Source: an uncultured virus (IMG/VR IMGVR_UViG_3300010299_003477) (taxonomy: Duplodnaviria > Heunggongvirae > Uroviricota > Caudoviricetes). From it: a stretch of DNA of 64,000 bases. Under the pieces are notes generated by a model. It saw only the letters and a program-made list of their open reading frames with translations. It did no database searches and was not told the DNA's origin. Each line of letters begins with the position of its first letter. The stretch's first letter is position 1. The stretch lies in IMG/VR virus record IMGVR_UViG_3300010299_003477. One strand, given 5' to 3'. The translations under genes and the position numbers were made by a program. Below are positions 40,962 to 50,162 of this stretch, piece by piece.

Positions 40962-41653
40962 ATTAAACCATTTTCCCAATCTTCTTTAAATGATGAATAC
41001 TGCTTTCTAAACTTCTTTAAAGAATTAACTATTTGTTTAGTGTTTAAATCAGTAATCTCGCGAAGATATAAGTAAATAGCTTTCTTGTTAAAAATTTCAA
41101 TGTCTTCTTTGGACTCAAAGAGAATCAAAATAGCTTTATAAACTTTTAAATCGTTTTCTTTCATGGACTCTGTATTCCAATCTTTTATTTCCTCGTAAAA
41201 AGATTGCCAGAACTCTTTCTGTAAACGATTTACTTCATAAGCATTTTGGGTTGATAAATATTGTTCTTCATATTTTTTAGAGATGTTGTCTAAATCAATC
41301 TCTCTTGTATTTTTCTTTTTCTGTTGTTTTACCTTATGAATAAACCAGTTCTTTGAGACAACAGAAAAATAAGAAAATGCCTTTGCTTTTTCTGGACTAT
41401 ATTTATCGAGAACTGTAACTAACCATATTTTGCATTCTTCTCGCAAATCATCACAGTTTGGTAAGGTTGTAAATTTGTAAGTAAAAACTATTTTATCAAC
41501 CATTTCAGAAAAAGCAGGTTGTATAAAGTTTTCATAAAGGTATGTCTTTTCTTTTAAATCATCACTATTGACATACCCTATAATTGCATCTTCATGAACT
41601 TGAGTAAAATAATGATTTGGTTCTCTACTCGACCTGCGTTGCCTGTTCTTCAT
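40958..41653 (-). CDS. Phage RNA polymerase sigma-like factor (candidate late sigma)
   Basis: Region-2-like DDLREE...LDKYSPEKAKAFSYFSVVSKNWF; C-terminal HTH-like LREITDLNTKQIVNSL. Confidence 0.7.
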   Translation of the reverse strand: MKNRQRRSSREPNHYFTQVHEDAIIGYVNSDDLKEKTYLYENFIQPAFSEMVDKIVFTYKFTTLPNCDDLREECKIWLVTVLDKYSPEKAKAFSYFSVVSKNWFIHKVKQQKKKNTREIDLDNISKKYEEQYLSTQNAYEVNRLQKEFWQSFYEEIKDWNTESMKENDLKVYKAILILFESKEDIEIFNKKAIYLYLREITDLNTKQIVNSLKKFRKQYSSFKEDWENGLI

Positions 41654-41969
41654 CTATTGTTTCCTTTAACTGCGTTTGCTCTTCTTCGGCAGTTAAAGAA
41701 TAGATATATTCAAAAGTTGTTAACTGCTCGCTAAAAGACGAGGCATGATCTAATAAAAACTTCAAAGTATTATCGCCATAATACATTTCTAATTCGTAAA
41801 TTGACTGTACGTGTGCCGCAAACGATTCTACCATGCTTTGTAGATCGCCAAGCTCTTCAGAGATAGATAATAATCTTATAATCGCTGAACGAGCATAAAT
41901 AAGCATGCCAACATTAAATACAAGAGAAACCAACAAAATCGCTGATAAAATAATTTCAAGTCGGCTCAT
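41625..41969 (-). CDS. Hypothetical membrane-anchored protein
   Basis: N-terminal TM helix. Confidence 0.7.
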   Translation of the reverse strand: MSRLEIILSAILLVSLVFNVGMLIYARSAIIRLLSISEELGDLQSMVESFAAHVQSIYELEMYYGDNTLKFLLDHASSFSEQLTTFEYIYSLTAEEEQTQLKETIDEEQATQVE

Positions 41970-42216
41970 AAGTTTGTTTCCTTGCTTTCTGTTGCTCTTC
42001 TTTTAGAAGCTTTCTGTTATCTTCTATATATTGCTTTGTTAGTTTTCCAACTTGTGCATTTGATTCTATCACTTCTTTTTTCAATGAAGGGGAAGTCAAG
42101 CCACGCACAAGTTGTGACTCACAAACATCGCAAATAACAATAGGCGACTCAGAGTACAAATGAAAAACCATTTTCTCTGAATCGCAATCTTGGCATGAGT
42201 ATTTATATCTCGGCAT
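41956..42216 (-). CDS. FmdB-family zinc ribbon protein
   Basis: MPRYKYSCQDC...CDVC. Confidence 0.8.
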   Translation of the reverse strand: MPRYKYSCQDCDSEKMVFHLYSESPIVICDVCESQLVRGLTSPSLKKEVIESNAQVGKLTKQYIEDNRKLLKEEQQKARKQTYEPT

Positions 42217-42425
42217 TAGCTTACTGTGCTGTTTAGATCATCTTCTGAAATCTGCTCACCAGTAATGCGAACTGTTGGAGGGTTCATTACAACTAGCCCC
42301 TCTTCTGAAAGGTTTAGCTCAAAGCCCTTTAAAATAGGCACAATATCTAGCTGATGTAGTAGCGACTCTTGCAAAGCCATCATAATAGCACCAAGCGCTT
42401 GGTTTGATAATCTCATGTTTTCCAT
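42216..42425 (-). CDS. Hypothetical protein
   Basis: Start re-called to ATG 42425 (MENMRLS) behind AGGAGA RBS. Confidence 0.7.
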   Translation of the reverse strand: MENMRLSNQALGAIMMALQESLLHQLDIVPILKGFELNLSEEGLVVMNPPTVRITGEQISEDDLNSTVS

Positions 42426-42426
42426 A

Positions 42427-42786
42427 TTAATCTCCTTTTTGAATTCTATAACTATCTGAATCAAAATGTTGAGTTGAAAACTCAAACAATTCAGTGTCTT
42501 CTAACGCTATCATTTGGTGTCTAAGCCCACGATATACATGGAAATTGTCGCCCGATCCAAGTATTATTTCCTGTGCTTTTTCAATATCATCTGTGTCTGA
42601 AAAAAGAACTTTTATTTTTCCAGATTGGATATAAAAAACTTCATCTTTTAGTTCATGATAATGCCAAGAGCATTTTTTGTCTTTGACAAAATAGAGAAGC
42701 TTTCCGCAATACTCTTCGCAGTTAACGATCCATTTTTCAAATCCCCAGCCTTTGGGGACAAATTTAATTTCCAAAGAAGTCTTCAT
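42427..42786 (-). CDS. Cupin, sugar-phosphate isomerase-like
   Basis: KGWGFE, SWHYHELKDEVFYI..G, H motif. Confidence 0.85.
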   Translation of the reverse strand: MKTSLEIKFVPKGWGFEKWIVNCEEYCGKLLYFVKDKKCSWHYHELKDEVFYIQSGKIKVLFSDTDDIEKAQEIILGSGDNFHVYRGLRHQMIALEDTELFEFSTQHFDSDSYRIQKGD

Positions 42787-43084
42787 CTTTCATTCCTTTG
42801 TCATCAATATAAAAATCACCAGATGGTTTGCCTAAAAACAAACGATGATATTTAACACCCCATTCTTTTAGTTGTGATTTTGTTAAAACCTCAAAAGCCT
42901 CATAAGCAAAAGCAATAGAATTTCCGCTTCTGCCCATACCTCTTGCTGTTAAAAAATAAATGGTATGTCCTTGGTCATATAACTTATTTACAGTGTCTAT
43001 TCTGTCTTGTAGAGGCTCTGCTCTTGAATATTTTCCATTAGTATTGGTGCAAATTGTACCATCTATATCAAAAACATATGTCAT
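42764..43084 (-). CDS. HAD-family phosphatase (capsule biosynthesis EcbF/BcbF-like)
   Basis: FDIDGT, TAR, GKP, YIDDK. Confidence 0.88.
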   Translation of the reverse strand: MTYVFDIDGTICTNTNGKYSRAEPLQDRIDTVNKLYDQGHTIYFLTARGMGRSGNSIAFAYEAFEVLTKSQLKEWGVKYHRLFLGKPSGDFYIDDKGMKDEDFFGN

Positions 43085-43473
43085 TGTAAACCTACCAATA
43101 TATTTGTTGTTGAGTATCCTTCTATTCTATCAAAAAATTTTACTTCCTGCACATGTCTGGAGCCGATCACTCTTTTATCTTTGTAATCGGAACCTACCAC
43201 CATTATTTCAGCACGACTTAAAAGAATCTGTGTATCAAGCTCATCATCGTGGTTAAACACTCTTATTTCGTCAATGTACTTAATTGATTCAAGTAACATA
43301 ACCCTATCTTCTATAGTGTTAAAAGGGCGCGACTCTCCCTTAGCGGCTCTAACTCTCTGGTCAGTATCAATTCCGACCACCAACCAATCACCAAGAGACT
43401 TAGCATATTTAAATAATTCTATATGTCCTCGATGTAAAACGTCAAAACAACCGTTTGTCCATATAACTTTCAT
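43081..43473 (-). CDS. Sugar-1-phosphate nucleotidyltransferase (RfaE domain II/HldC-like)
   Basis: NGCFDVLHRGH, KGESRP, GSDY, GYSTT; start re-called to MKVIW. Confidence 0.9.
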   Translation of the reverse strand: MKVIWTNGCFDVLHRGHIELFKYAKSLGDWLVVGIDTDQRVRAAKGESRPFNTIEDRVMLLESIKYIDEIRVFNHDDELDTQILLSRAEIMVVGSDYKDKRVIGSRHVQEVKFFDRIEGYSTTNILVGLQ

Positions 43474-44201
43474 ACTATAGTAACGCCTTTTTTCTGTACC
43501 ACAATTGTAGCACATGTATTACCGAATTTTATAGATTTATGAATATTTTTAGATTTTACATATTCGGCAACCATAGCAGCAATAAAAGTATCACCAGCAC
43601 CCGATGTGTCTTTGATTTCTACTTTTGGTACTGGATAAATCATATTATTATACTTTGCCCCATCTGATCCCATTGTTACTATTAGGGTGTTTAATATTTC
43701 TTCATCTAATATGTGTTTTGTTTTTTCATATTCATCAAGGTTAATCTTAATATAATTTATGCTTTTACACCACGAGCCTAAAATCTTTTTTGTATCTAAA
43801 AATACACAATCATGATTTTCTCCAATAAACTTTATATCTTCTTCCGTAAGAAAACCTTTGTTATAATCAGAAATTAGAATAACCGCATACTGAGAAAAAT
43901 CTATTTTCTTAATATCACATTTATCATAAGAATTATCATTTTTATCAAGTCTCATAAACATATGATTTGTCTTTTCATCAATAAATCTAGTTTTTGTAAT
44001 ATTTTTAAAATTATTGTTTGTGTGTAGAGTGCATTCAACTTCTAGAGATTGTAGATTTTGATAAACATTATAAGCCATTCCTCCATTTTCAATTTTATAC
44101 AAAGGATTAAAAACAGGTACGGGGGCTTCAGGACACAACCTTTTACATTCTCCGTACATAAATATATCTAAACAACTCTCTCCTATAACAAGAACTGTCA
44201 T
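43470..44201 (-). CDS. PfkB sugar kinase (RfaE domain I/HldA-like)
   Basis: RLCPEAPVPV, KTR, ISDYNKG, DTSGAGDTF. Confidence 0.9.
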   Translation of the reverse strand: MTVLVIGESCLDIFMYGECKRLCPEAPVPVFNPLYKIENGGMAYNVYQNLQSLEVECTLHTNNNFKNITKTRFIDEKTNHMFMRLDKNDNSYDKCDIKKIDFSQYAVILISDYNKGFLTEEDIKFIGENHDCVFLDTKKILGSWCKSINYIKINLDEYEKTKHILDEEILNTLIVTMGSDGAKYNNMIYPVPKVEIKDTSGAGDTFIAAMVAEYVKSKNIHKSIKFGNTCATIVVQKKGVTIV

Positions 44202-45364
44202 TATATATCCTTTATAACGTTGCAAATAAATTCTATCTCTTCTTCGGTCAATTCGGGGTAATTAGGCACAAAAAATCCTCTAGAATGAATTGCATCGCTT
44301 TGAAAATCAGCGAATTCATTATACAAATCAATCCAAAATGGATGTCTTCCTAAATTTCCAGCACTAAAAATTCTTGTCTCGATACCGTTTTCAACCAAAC
44401 GACTTACTATTTCTTTTCTATGTTGCGTACTGTTAGCTAAGGCACCAAAAGAAATAGATACCGGGTACTCAACTCCCCAATCTTGAAACTCAACATAGCC
44501 TTGAAGCTTTTTAGCATACAGTAAATGATTTCTATTTCTGTTTTTAGATGCCCACTCTGCTTTTTTGATTTGTCTAATTCCCAAAAAAGCCTGCAAGTCT
44601 GTTGACCTTAAATTGTATCCGGGTACAAAAAATGTAAAAGGAGAATGAAAATCGTCAATATTCCTTTCTTTCATCATGTCACTATAAGTTTCCTCATCCA
44701 GATCTTTAGCCCAACCGTGACTACGCAACATTAAAAGCATATCATAAAGTTTCTTATCATTGACGTTTACCATACCACCTTCAATTGTGGAAAGCTGATG
44801 TCCAAAATAAAATGAAAAAGAAGACATATCACCGATAGTACCAACCATTGTGCCATCACTATATCTAGCCCCAAGTGCTGCACAAGCGTCCTCTAGAAGT
44901 ACAAAACCATATTTTTCTTTCAGTTTCAACAACCTTTCTTTATGATGAGGAACACCCAATACTTGTACAAATATAACAGCATCAGGTCTTTCGGTTTCAC
45001 AAATTTGCTCCAACTGATCCAGATCAATACCAAAAGTTTTTGGGTCCGCACCACACATAATTGGGTGTAATCCTAGCTGAATAGCTGGTGAAATCGTTGT
45101 AACCCATCCAACCGATGGAACAACTATTTTCTTATTTGGTATTAGACCACATTGAACTGCTGTGGCTATCATTAAAAGATTAGCCGAAGACCCAGAATTA
45201 TTGAATACTGAATATTTTGTACCGATATATTCAGCCCAATCTTTTTCTACCTGTAAAGTCAAATCTCCTTTTGTTAGTCTAGGATAACTTTTTAGCCAAT
45301 TGCACAGCGCATCGACATCTTCATCATTAATTGTTTCTTTAGCCAACGGATATCTTATTTTCAT
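44201..45364 (-). CDS. PLP/PMP-dependent DegT-family enzyme, ColD/E1-type 3-dehydratase-like
   Basis: NSGSSANLL, EDAC, SFSFYFGHQLSTIEGG with His at the usual Schiff-base Lys position. Confidence 0.85.
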   Translation of the reverse strand: MKIRYPLAKETINDEDVDALCNWLKSYPRLTKGDLTLQVEKDWAEYIGTKYSVFNNSGSSANLLMIATAVQCGLIPNKKIVVPSVGWVTTISPAIQLGLHPIMCGADPKTFGIDLDQLEQICETERPDAVIFVQVLGVPHHKERLLKLKEKYGFVLLEDACAALGARYSDGTMVGTIGDMSSFSFYFGHQLSTIEGGMVNVNDKKLYDMLLMLRSHGWAKDLDEETYSDMMKERNIDDFHSPFTFFVPGYNLRSTDLQAFLGIRQIKKAEWASKNRNRNHLLYAKKLQGYVEFQDWGVEYPVSISFGALANSTQHRKEIVSRLVENGIETRIFSAGNLGRHPFWIDLYNEFADFQSDAIHSRGFFVPNYPELTEEEIEFICNVIKDI

Positions 45365-45888
45365 TTAATCTCCTTTAAAAATTTAGATTTTTTGTCTCGT
45401 TCTGATAAAACCGGCAATGCCTTTATTAAAGGCCATTTAATGTCTAATATTGGTTCGTCCCATCTTAGAGAAAATTGGTTTTCTGGAGAAACATAGTTTT
45501 CTGACCATTTATAATAGAACAAGCAATCTTCAGTTAAACAGTAGTGTCCATTCAAGAAATTTTTAGGAATAAAAACAGCAAAATTGCTATCTTCGTCCAT
45601 CTCTATCTCAAATTTTTGTAAATATTGTTCACTTTGTTTATCATAATTTACAATAGCTAAATATATTTTTCCTTTAAGGCAGTATATCAATTTATCATTT
45701 ATTGAATCTCCGTGCAAGCCCCTTAATACATTTTTTTTTGATTTTGTCAATTTATCAATTTTAAAATCTGGAAATTGGTTTACATCAAATAAATTTGTGA
45801 TATTTCCTCTATTGTCTGAGAAGTTTTCTAAATATATTTTATACACTCCATTTAATGGAAGCTCTTCTTTTACAAACAACATTTTCAT
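45361..45888 (-). CDS. rmlC: NDP-4-keto-6-deoxysugar 3,5-epimerase (RmlC family)
   Basis: FSDNRG, SKKNVLRGLH, IP..FLNG, RWDEP, LSERDK. Confidence 0.88.
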   Translation of the reverse strand: MKMLFVKEELPLNGVYKIYLENFSDNRGNITNLFDVNQFPDFKIDKLTKSKKNVLRGLHGDSINDKLIYCLKGKIYLAIVNYDKQSEQYLQKFEIEMDEDSNFAVFIPKNFLNGHYCLTEDCLFYYKWSENYVSPENQFSLRWDEPILDIKWPLIKALPVLSERDKKSKFLKEIK

Positions 45889-45913
45889 ACAATATTGTAC
45901 TCCACAAATCAGT

Positions 45914-46702
45914 TCATTTGTTATTATTTTGCATATTATTATATGCTTTTATCATTCGATCTGCAACTATATTTAAATATAGATTTTTGGCTTGTTGCGC
46001 GACTAAATCATAATAGTACAAATTTTCAGGGTTTTTCATACCATCCATTTCCATATTGTTATAAGATCCCCCAAATCCTGATGCTCCATCGGTGGGATTC
46101 CGACTGAAAAAATCGGGGACTGTTCTCCACAAATCTATCCCGTAAGACTCATACATTAAGATATGCAATAATGTTTTCCAATTATCTCCATTACATTGCC
46201 AACCGTAATTTTGTAAAACTTCAATACATCTTACTGAAAAGCATGGCAAACTAACACCTTCATTGTGTTTCCATACTTCCATGATTTGCGGTTCTCTCCA
46301 GCGACCTTTATAAAGCTCTACTCTTGGACGGCGGGGACCAACAAAACAATATTCATCTTTTATTGATAAGATATCATCAATAAAACCTTTTTTTATAAAT
46401 GTGAAATCATCAGCACAAAGTAGAACAAATGTTGATTTTTGGTTTCTTTGTGAAAACAAATAAAAATGATCTAAATGAAAACCATGACGACCTTCGCCTC
46501 TTGACCAAACAAAAGTTTTAACACTAAAAGGAAATTTATTAAAATATTCTTGAGGAGGGCGTAAATCATCATCAGAATCATATTTTATCAAAACCTCACA
46601 ATTTTCCGCATTTCCTCCACATTGCTGTAAACTTGTCAGTAGTTGATCTATATTGCTATCTTTATTACCTTTTACTCTTGAAGTCAATATCAATGTTAAC
46701 AC
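45914..46702 (-). CDS. GT-A fold (GT2-like) glycosyltransferase
   Basis: LTSR, EVLIKYDSDD, CADD. Confidence 0.7.
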   Translation of the reverse strand: MLTLILTSRVKGNKDSNIDQLLTSLQQCGGNAENCEVLIKYDSDDDLRPPQEYFNKFPFSVKTFVWSRGEGRHGFHLDHFYLFSQRNQKSTFVLLCADDFTFIKKGFIDDILSIKDEYCFVGPRRPRVELYKGRWREPQIMEVWKHNEGVSLPCFSVRCIEVLQNYGWQCNGDNWKTLLHILMYESYGIDLWRTVPDFFSRNPTDGASGFGGSYNNMEMDGMKNPENLYYYDLVAQQAKNLYLNIVADRMIKAYNNMQNNNK

Positions 46703-46712
46703 AAAATACCTC

Positions 46713-47483
46713 TCAAATTTCTAAATAAAATTTCTTCATATCTTCTAGATTATCAAAAACACTGTTTTTGTCATAGTAGTTGTTATTCAAATTACCAACC
46801 AGATTGTATAGAACAATCATATCGTAAACATCATAAGTTGTTTTAGCGTTTCTCCCAGCCCAATCCCACAAAGTAATTTCTCTGCATTCTATTGTTGGTT
46901 CCCCCATGTGACCAAGATAAATTGACATATAGTTGTCTGCTACATGGTGTAGGAAATGAGGATGAAATATTTTTTCTCCAAACAACTCATAAGTTTTTCT
47001 GTCCATTGTTGGGAATTTCATAATATAATTTCTATTATGTTTTCTTTCGGCTTTGGTTATTGGGTGTATTACACTTGGCGGAACTAATTCGGCTGGTAAT
47101 TTATAGTAATGCCCGTTATTTTTAACCGTAACTGATAAGCTAGTAACTTTATATATTCTATCATAATATAAAGGAGATTGTAAGAAATTAATAACAGAAA
47201 ACAAATTTTTTGACGGCAAATAATCATCTACCAAAACACAAAGATAATCTCCATTTGCCTGAGAAGCAAGAAAATTAATTGGGCGTATTGATCCTTCGTT
47301 GTCAGTATCTTTAAAATATTTAATATTTTTACTATCAATACCAGAATTGGTAGAAGAAACTAAAATTTCATAATCAAAACCCAAGCTGTCCATACGATTA
47401 ATAGTTAATATTGTTTTATCTAAATATTTTTCGTGTGACCTGTTGGTTGGTATCAAAAAAGAAATATCTTTTTTACTTTTCAT
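46713..47483 (-). CDS. GT-A fold (GT2-like) glycosyltransferase
   Basis: ISFLIPTNR, YEILV, ANGDYLCVLVDD, HHVAD. Confidence 0.75.
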   Translation of the reverse strand: MKSKKDISFLIPTNRSHEKYLDKTILTINRMDSLGFDYEILVSSTNSGIDSKNIKYFKDTDNEGSIRPINFLASQANGDYLCVLVDDYLPSKNLFSVINFLQSPLYYDRIYKVTSLSVTVKNNGHYYKLPAELVPPSVIHPITKAERKHNRNYIMKFPTMDRKTYELFGEKIFHPHFLHHVADNYMSIYLGHMGEPTIECREITLWDWAGRNAKTTYDVYDMIVLYNLVGNLNNNYYDKNSVFDNLEDMKKFYLEI

Positions 47484-48012
47484 TATAATAATCACCCCAC
47501 TCAACTAAAATGGTACTTTTTCCATCTGTCCTGTGATATGCTTTATGATATGCTGGAAAAATATCTTCTGGCTCATCTAGTCTTATAACTTCTACTGTTG
47601 TCAACATATTTCTAAATGCATCGGTAAAGTCTCCAGTGTGTTGTATTTGCGGATTTAAAGGATTTTCAGACCCAATGCCAACCCGAATAATTGCTTTTGG
47701 AGCATATTCTCCGTGTGTATAAATTGAGTATTTGTCCAAATGATTAACCAATTGATTTACTGCTAAAAGAAGAAAATTCCAACGCGGGTATATACTAATC
47801 GGAACAGTTCCAGCTATGCTTAAGCCATTTGTGATTCCCATTTGCATTTCTTCATTAACAGGCATTTCCAACAATTTATTTCTTGGAACTTCTTTCAAAG
47901 TATTTGTCATTGCCGTTCCTTTATATTCAACCGCTTGACCCAAAAATAAAGTATTATTTTGTTCTCCCAAATAAGACATAGCACGGCTTAATTCATCAAA
48001 ATATTTTCCCAT
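47473..48012 (-). CDS. TPP-dependent enzyme beta subunit (PYR domain only)
   Basis: GQAV, EMPVNEEMQMG...G, AVNQLVN. Confidence 0.85.
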   Translation of the reverse strand: MGKYFDELSRAMSYLGEQNNTLFLGQAVEYKGTAMTNTLKEVPRNKLLEMPVNEEMQMGITNGLSIAGTVPISIYPRWNFLLLAVNQLVNHLDKYSIYTHGEYAPKAIIRVGIGSENPLNPQIQHTGDFTDAFRNMLTTVEVIRLDEPEDIFPAYHKAYHRTDGKSTILVEWGDYYNEK

Positions 48013-48024
48013 ATTGTTTTCTCC

Positions 48025-48636
48025 TTAAAATTGAACTCTGATTCCAGCACCAGCATGAGGATATTTGTCTAATTTATATTTATAATAAGTAACATAATCG
48101 TCATTAATACCTTCATAAGTTAGCTTTTCCATATTCCATGTTGCTCTTGTGTCGGTGCAAACTGATTTTCCATTATCTTCAATTATAAAGTGTATCGGCA
48201 ATTTGTGATTACGAGCATATTTTATACACTCATGGGCAGCGCCAGTCTCGGAAGTCATTTCTCCCATAAAACAATATACTTTATTTTTTCCGCCTCGACG
48301 TTTAATATCAATGGCTATGCCTAATGAAACAGACAATTGTCCAGTTACAATTCCAGAACAAAGAATTTTGTGTTCTTTAAAACTTAAAGATATCGATCTC
48401 CCTTCTAAGATCGCTTCCTTCAATTGTTTTGGTGGAACACCTTTTAAAAGACACTGATAATGGCTTCTCCAAGAACATAAAACCCAATCTTCTTTTCCTA
48501 TTTTATGTTTTTTAAAAACATCAATTATTTGTTCTTCATTACCATTATATAAATGAACAGGAGCTTTAATCATGGCTGAATTAAAACAATCTGCTATATC
48601 ATTTTCGAATTCTATCAATTCTTCTTTTGTTAACAT
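48025..48636 (-). CDS. TPP-dependent enzyme alpha subunit (E1-alpha-like PP domain)
   Basis: HLYNGNE, WRSHY, GRS, GEMT...E...IIEDN. Confidence 0.85.
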   Translation of the reverse strand: MLTKEELIEFENDIADCFNSAMIKAPVHLYNGNEEQIIDVFKKHKIGKEDWVLCSWRSHYQCLLKGVPPKQLKEAILEGRSISLSFKEHKILCSGIVTGQLSVSLGIAIDIKRRGGKNKVYCFMGEMTSETGAAHECIKYARNHKLPIHFIIEDNGKSVCTDTRATWNMEKLTYEGINDDYVTYYKYKLDKYPHAGAGIRVQF

Positions 48637-50151
48637 TTAATCACCTAATATTTTCCTCTTTAATTTATGTTCGCACATTTTCACAATTCCATCGTGGGTT
48701 TCTTGACCGAATTTTTGCTTAATGTAACTTAGGTATTTTGGATTTTGATAATACTCGTTAAAAGCATTATCTCTAAATTTTACTACTTCTGAAGAAGTAA
48801 TATATTTTGTACTTAAAGGAAGTATATCATAGGAATGCTGTGAATATCCACTATAAGTTTCTGGTAAGGGTAAATTATTTTTGATAGCATCCAAATATAG
48901 TCGTGAACCGGGGTATGCCATAGAACAATAAAAATTGGCAAATTCACAATTTAAGTCTTTTGCTAGTTCTAAAGTTTCTCTCATTGTGCTGTGATCATCT
49001 TCCGGTAGACCAAAAATAAAATTCCCTATTACATTAATTCCAGAATCTTGTATTTCTTTAACTAAATCAGAAATCTTTACATCTGTAAACTTTCCTTTAA
49101 CAACATCTTTTCTAACTACACCGTTACCAGACTCGATACCAAGAGCTAACCATTCTATACCAGCTTTCTTTAGAGTGTCTAGGTAAGATTTTTTAACTGT
49201 ATCAATTCTAGCATATGCCCAAATATTAAAATCATATTTTCTGTCTATTATTAGATTACACAATTTTAAAAAATGATCTTGATTTAAAACAAACATTTCG
49301 TCAGCAATTTTGATATTTCTAATCCCCATTTGATGTATCTTATCAAATTCATTTATAGCATATTCTGGATTCCAAAATCTAAATTTGTTTCTTTCATAAT
49401 TCCAGTTCTCAACATTATTATTTCCAAACGGGGCGTTAATGCAACAAAAACTACATCTAAATGGACAACCCAAACTAGTATAAAGAGAGGCAAAAGGCAT
49501 TGTTTGATTTTTGTTAGACATCCCATGCCAATTTGAAGTTCTATATTTTTCCATTGGCAACAAATCCCAAGCCATACCCGGAAGTTCTGTTTGCATCTCT
49601 TCTTGTGTTATTAATGGGGCAGGTTTAGTAAAACAAATTTTATCTCCATCCCTATACCATAAACCGGGAACCTTACTTAGCTGATAAGGATCCGATAAAT
49701 TATCAACTTCCATTAATGCTGTTAATGTTCTGGGTCCTTCTCCCTGACAAACAAAATCAGTTTTTTCGTCTTGCATTGTTTTTCTAGAAACAGCAGACGG
49801 ATAAAGTCCTGTTATTAGTACTTTTCTTTCTGGATTGTTTTGTTTTAATATTTCTAAGCAATTGTGGACACCTAGCATATTCTGAGCCGATGCTGATGGC
49901 TGCTGTCCATAGACAACAAACACTACTAACTTTGGATCAAAATCTTCTATTTTTAAATAACTTTCGACTGGACTTAGCTGCTCAGCCTCACAATCTAATA
50001 TGGCTACATTTTCATATCCTTTCGAGCGGACATGATTTGCCAACAAAGCAGCCCATATTGGTGGCTCTATAGCTGAGTATTTTTTACTCAGACTCTGATA
50101 AATTTGTTTTGAAGCATTCGGATGCACAAATAGAATGTCCAATTTATTCAT
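48637..50151 (-). CDS. Cobalamin-binding radical SAM enzyme (class B methyltransferase-like)
   Basis: N-terminal B12-binding domain; TSLGCPFRCSFC; GIESG; FIFGLP; YPGS. Confidence 0.9.
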   Translation of the reverse strand: MNKLDILFVHPNASKQIYQSLSKKYSAIEPPIWAALLANHVRSKGYENVAILDCEAEQLSPVESYLKIEDFDPKLVVFVVYGQQPSASAQNMLGVHNCLEILKQNNPERKVLITGLYPSAVSRKTMQDEKTDFVCQGEGPRTLTALMEVDNLSDPYQLSKVPGLWYRDGDKICFTKPAPLITQEEMQTELPGMAWDLLPMEKYRTSNWHGMSNKNQTMPFASLYTSLGCPFRCSFCCINAPFGNNNVENWNYERNKFRFWNPEYAINEFDKIHQMGIRNIKIADEMFVLNQDHFLKLCNLIIDRKYDFNIWAYARIDTVKKSYLDTLKKAGIEWLALGIESGNGVVRKDVVKGKFTDVKISDLVKEIQDSGINVIGNFIFGLPEDDHSTMRETLELAKDLNCEFANFYCSMAYPGSRLYLDAIKNNLPLPETYSGYSQHSYDILPLSTKYITSSEVVKFRDNAFNEYYQNPKYLSYIKQKFGQETHDGIVKMCEHKLKRKILGD

Positions 50152-50162
50152 TTTTTTATTCC

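Noticed and set aside
47473..48636. Pyruvate dehydrogenase as a central-metabolism auxiliary gene
   Set aside because: Subunits are much shorter than PDH E1, no E2/E3 is present, and they sit among NDP-sugar genes
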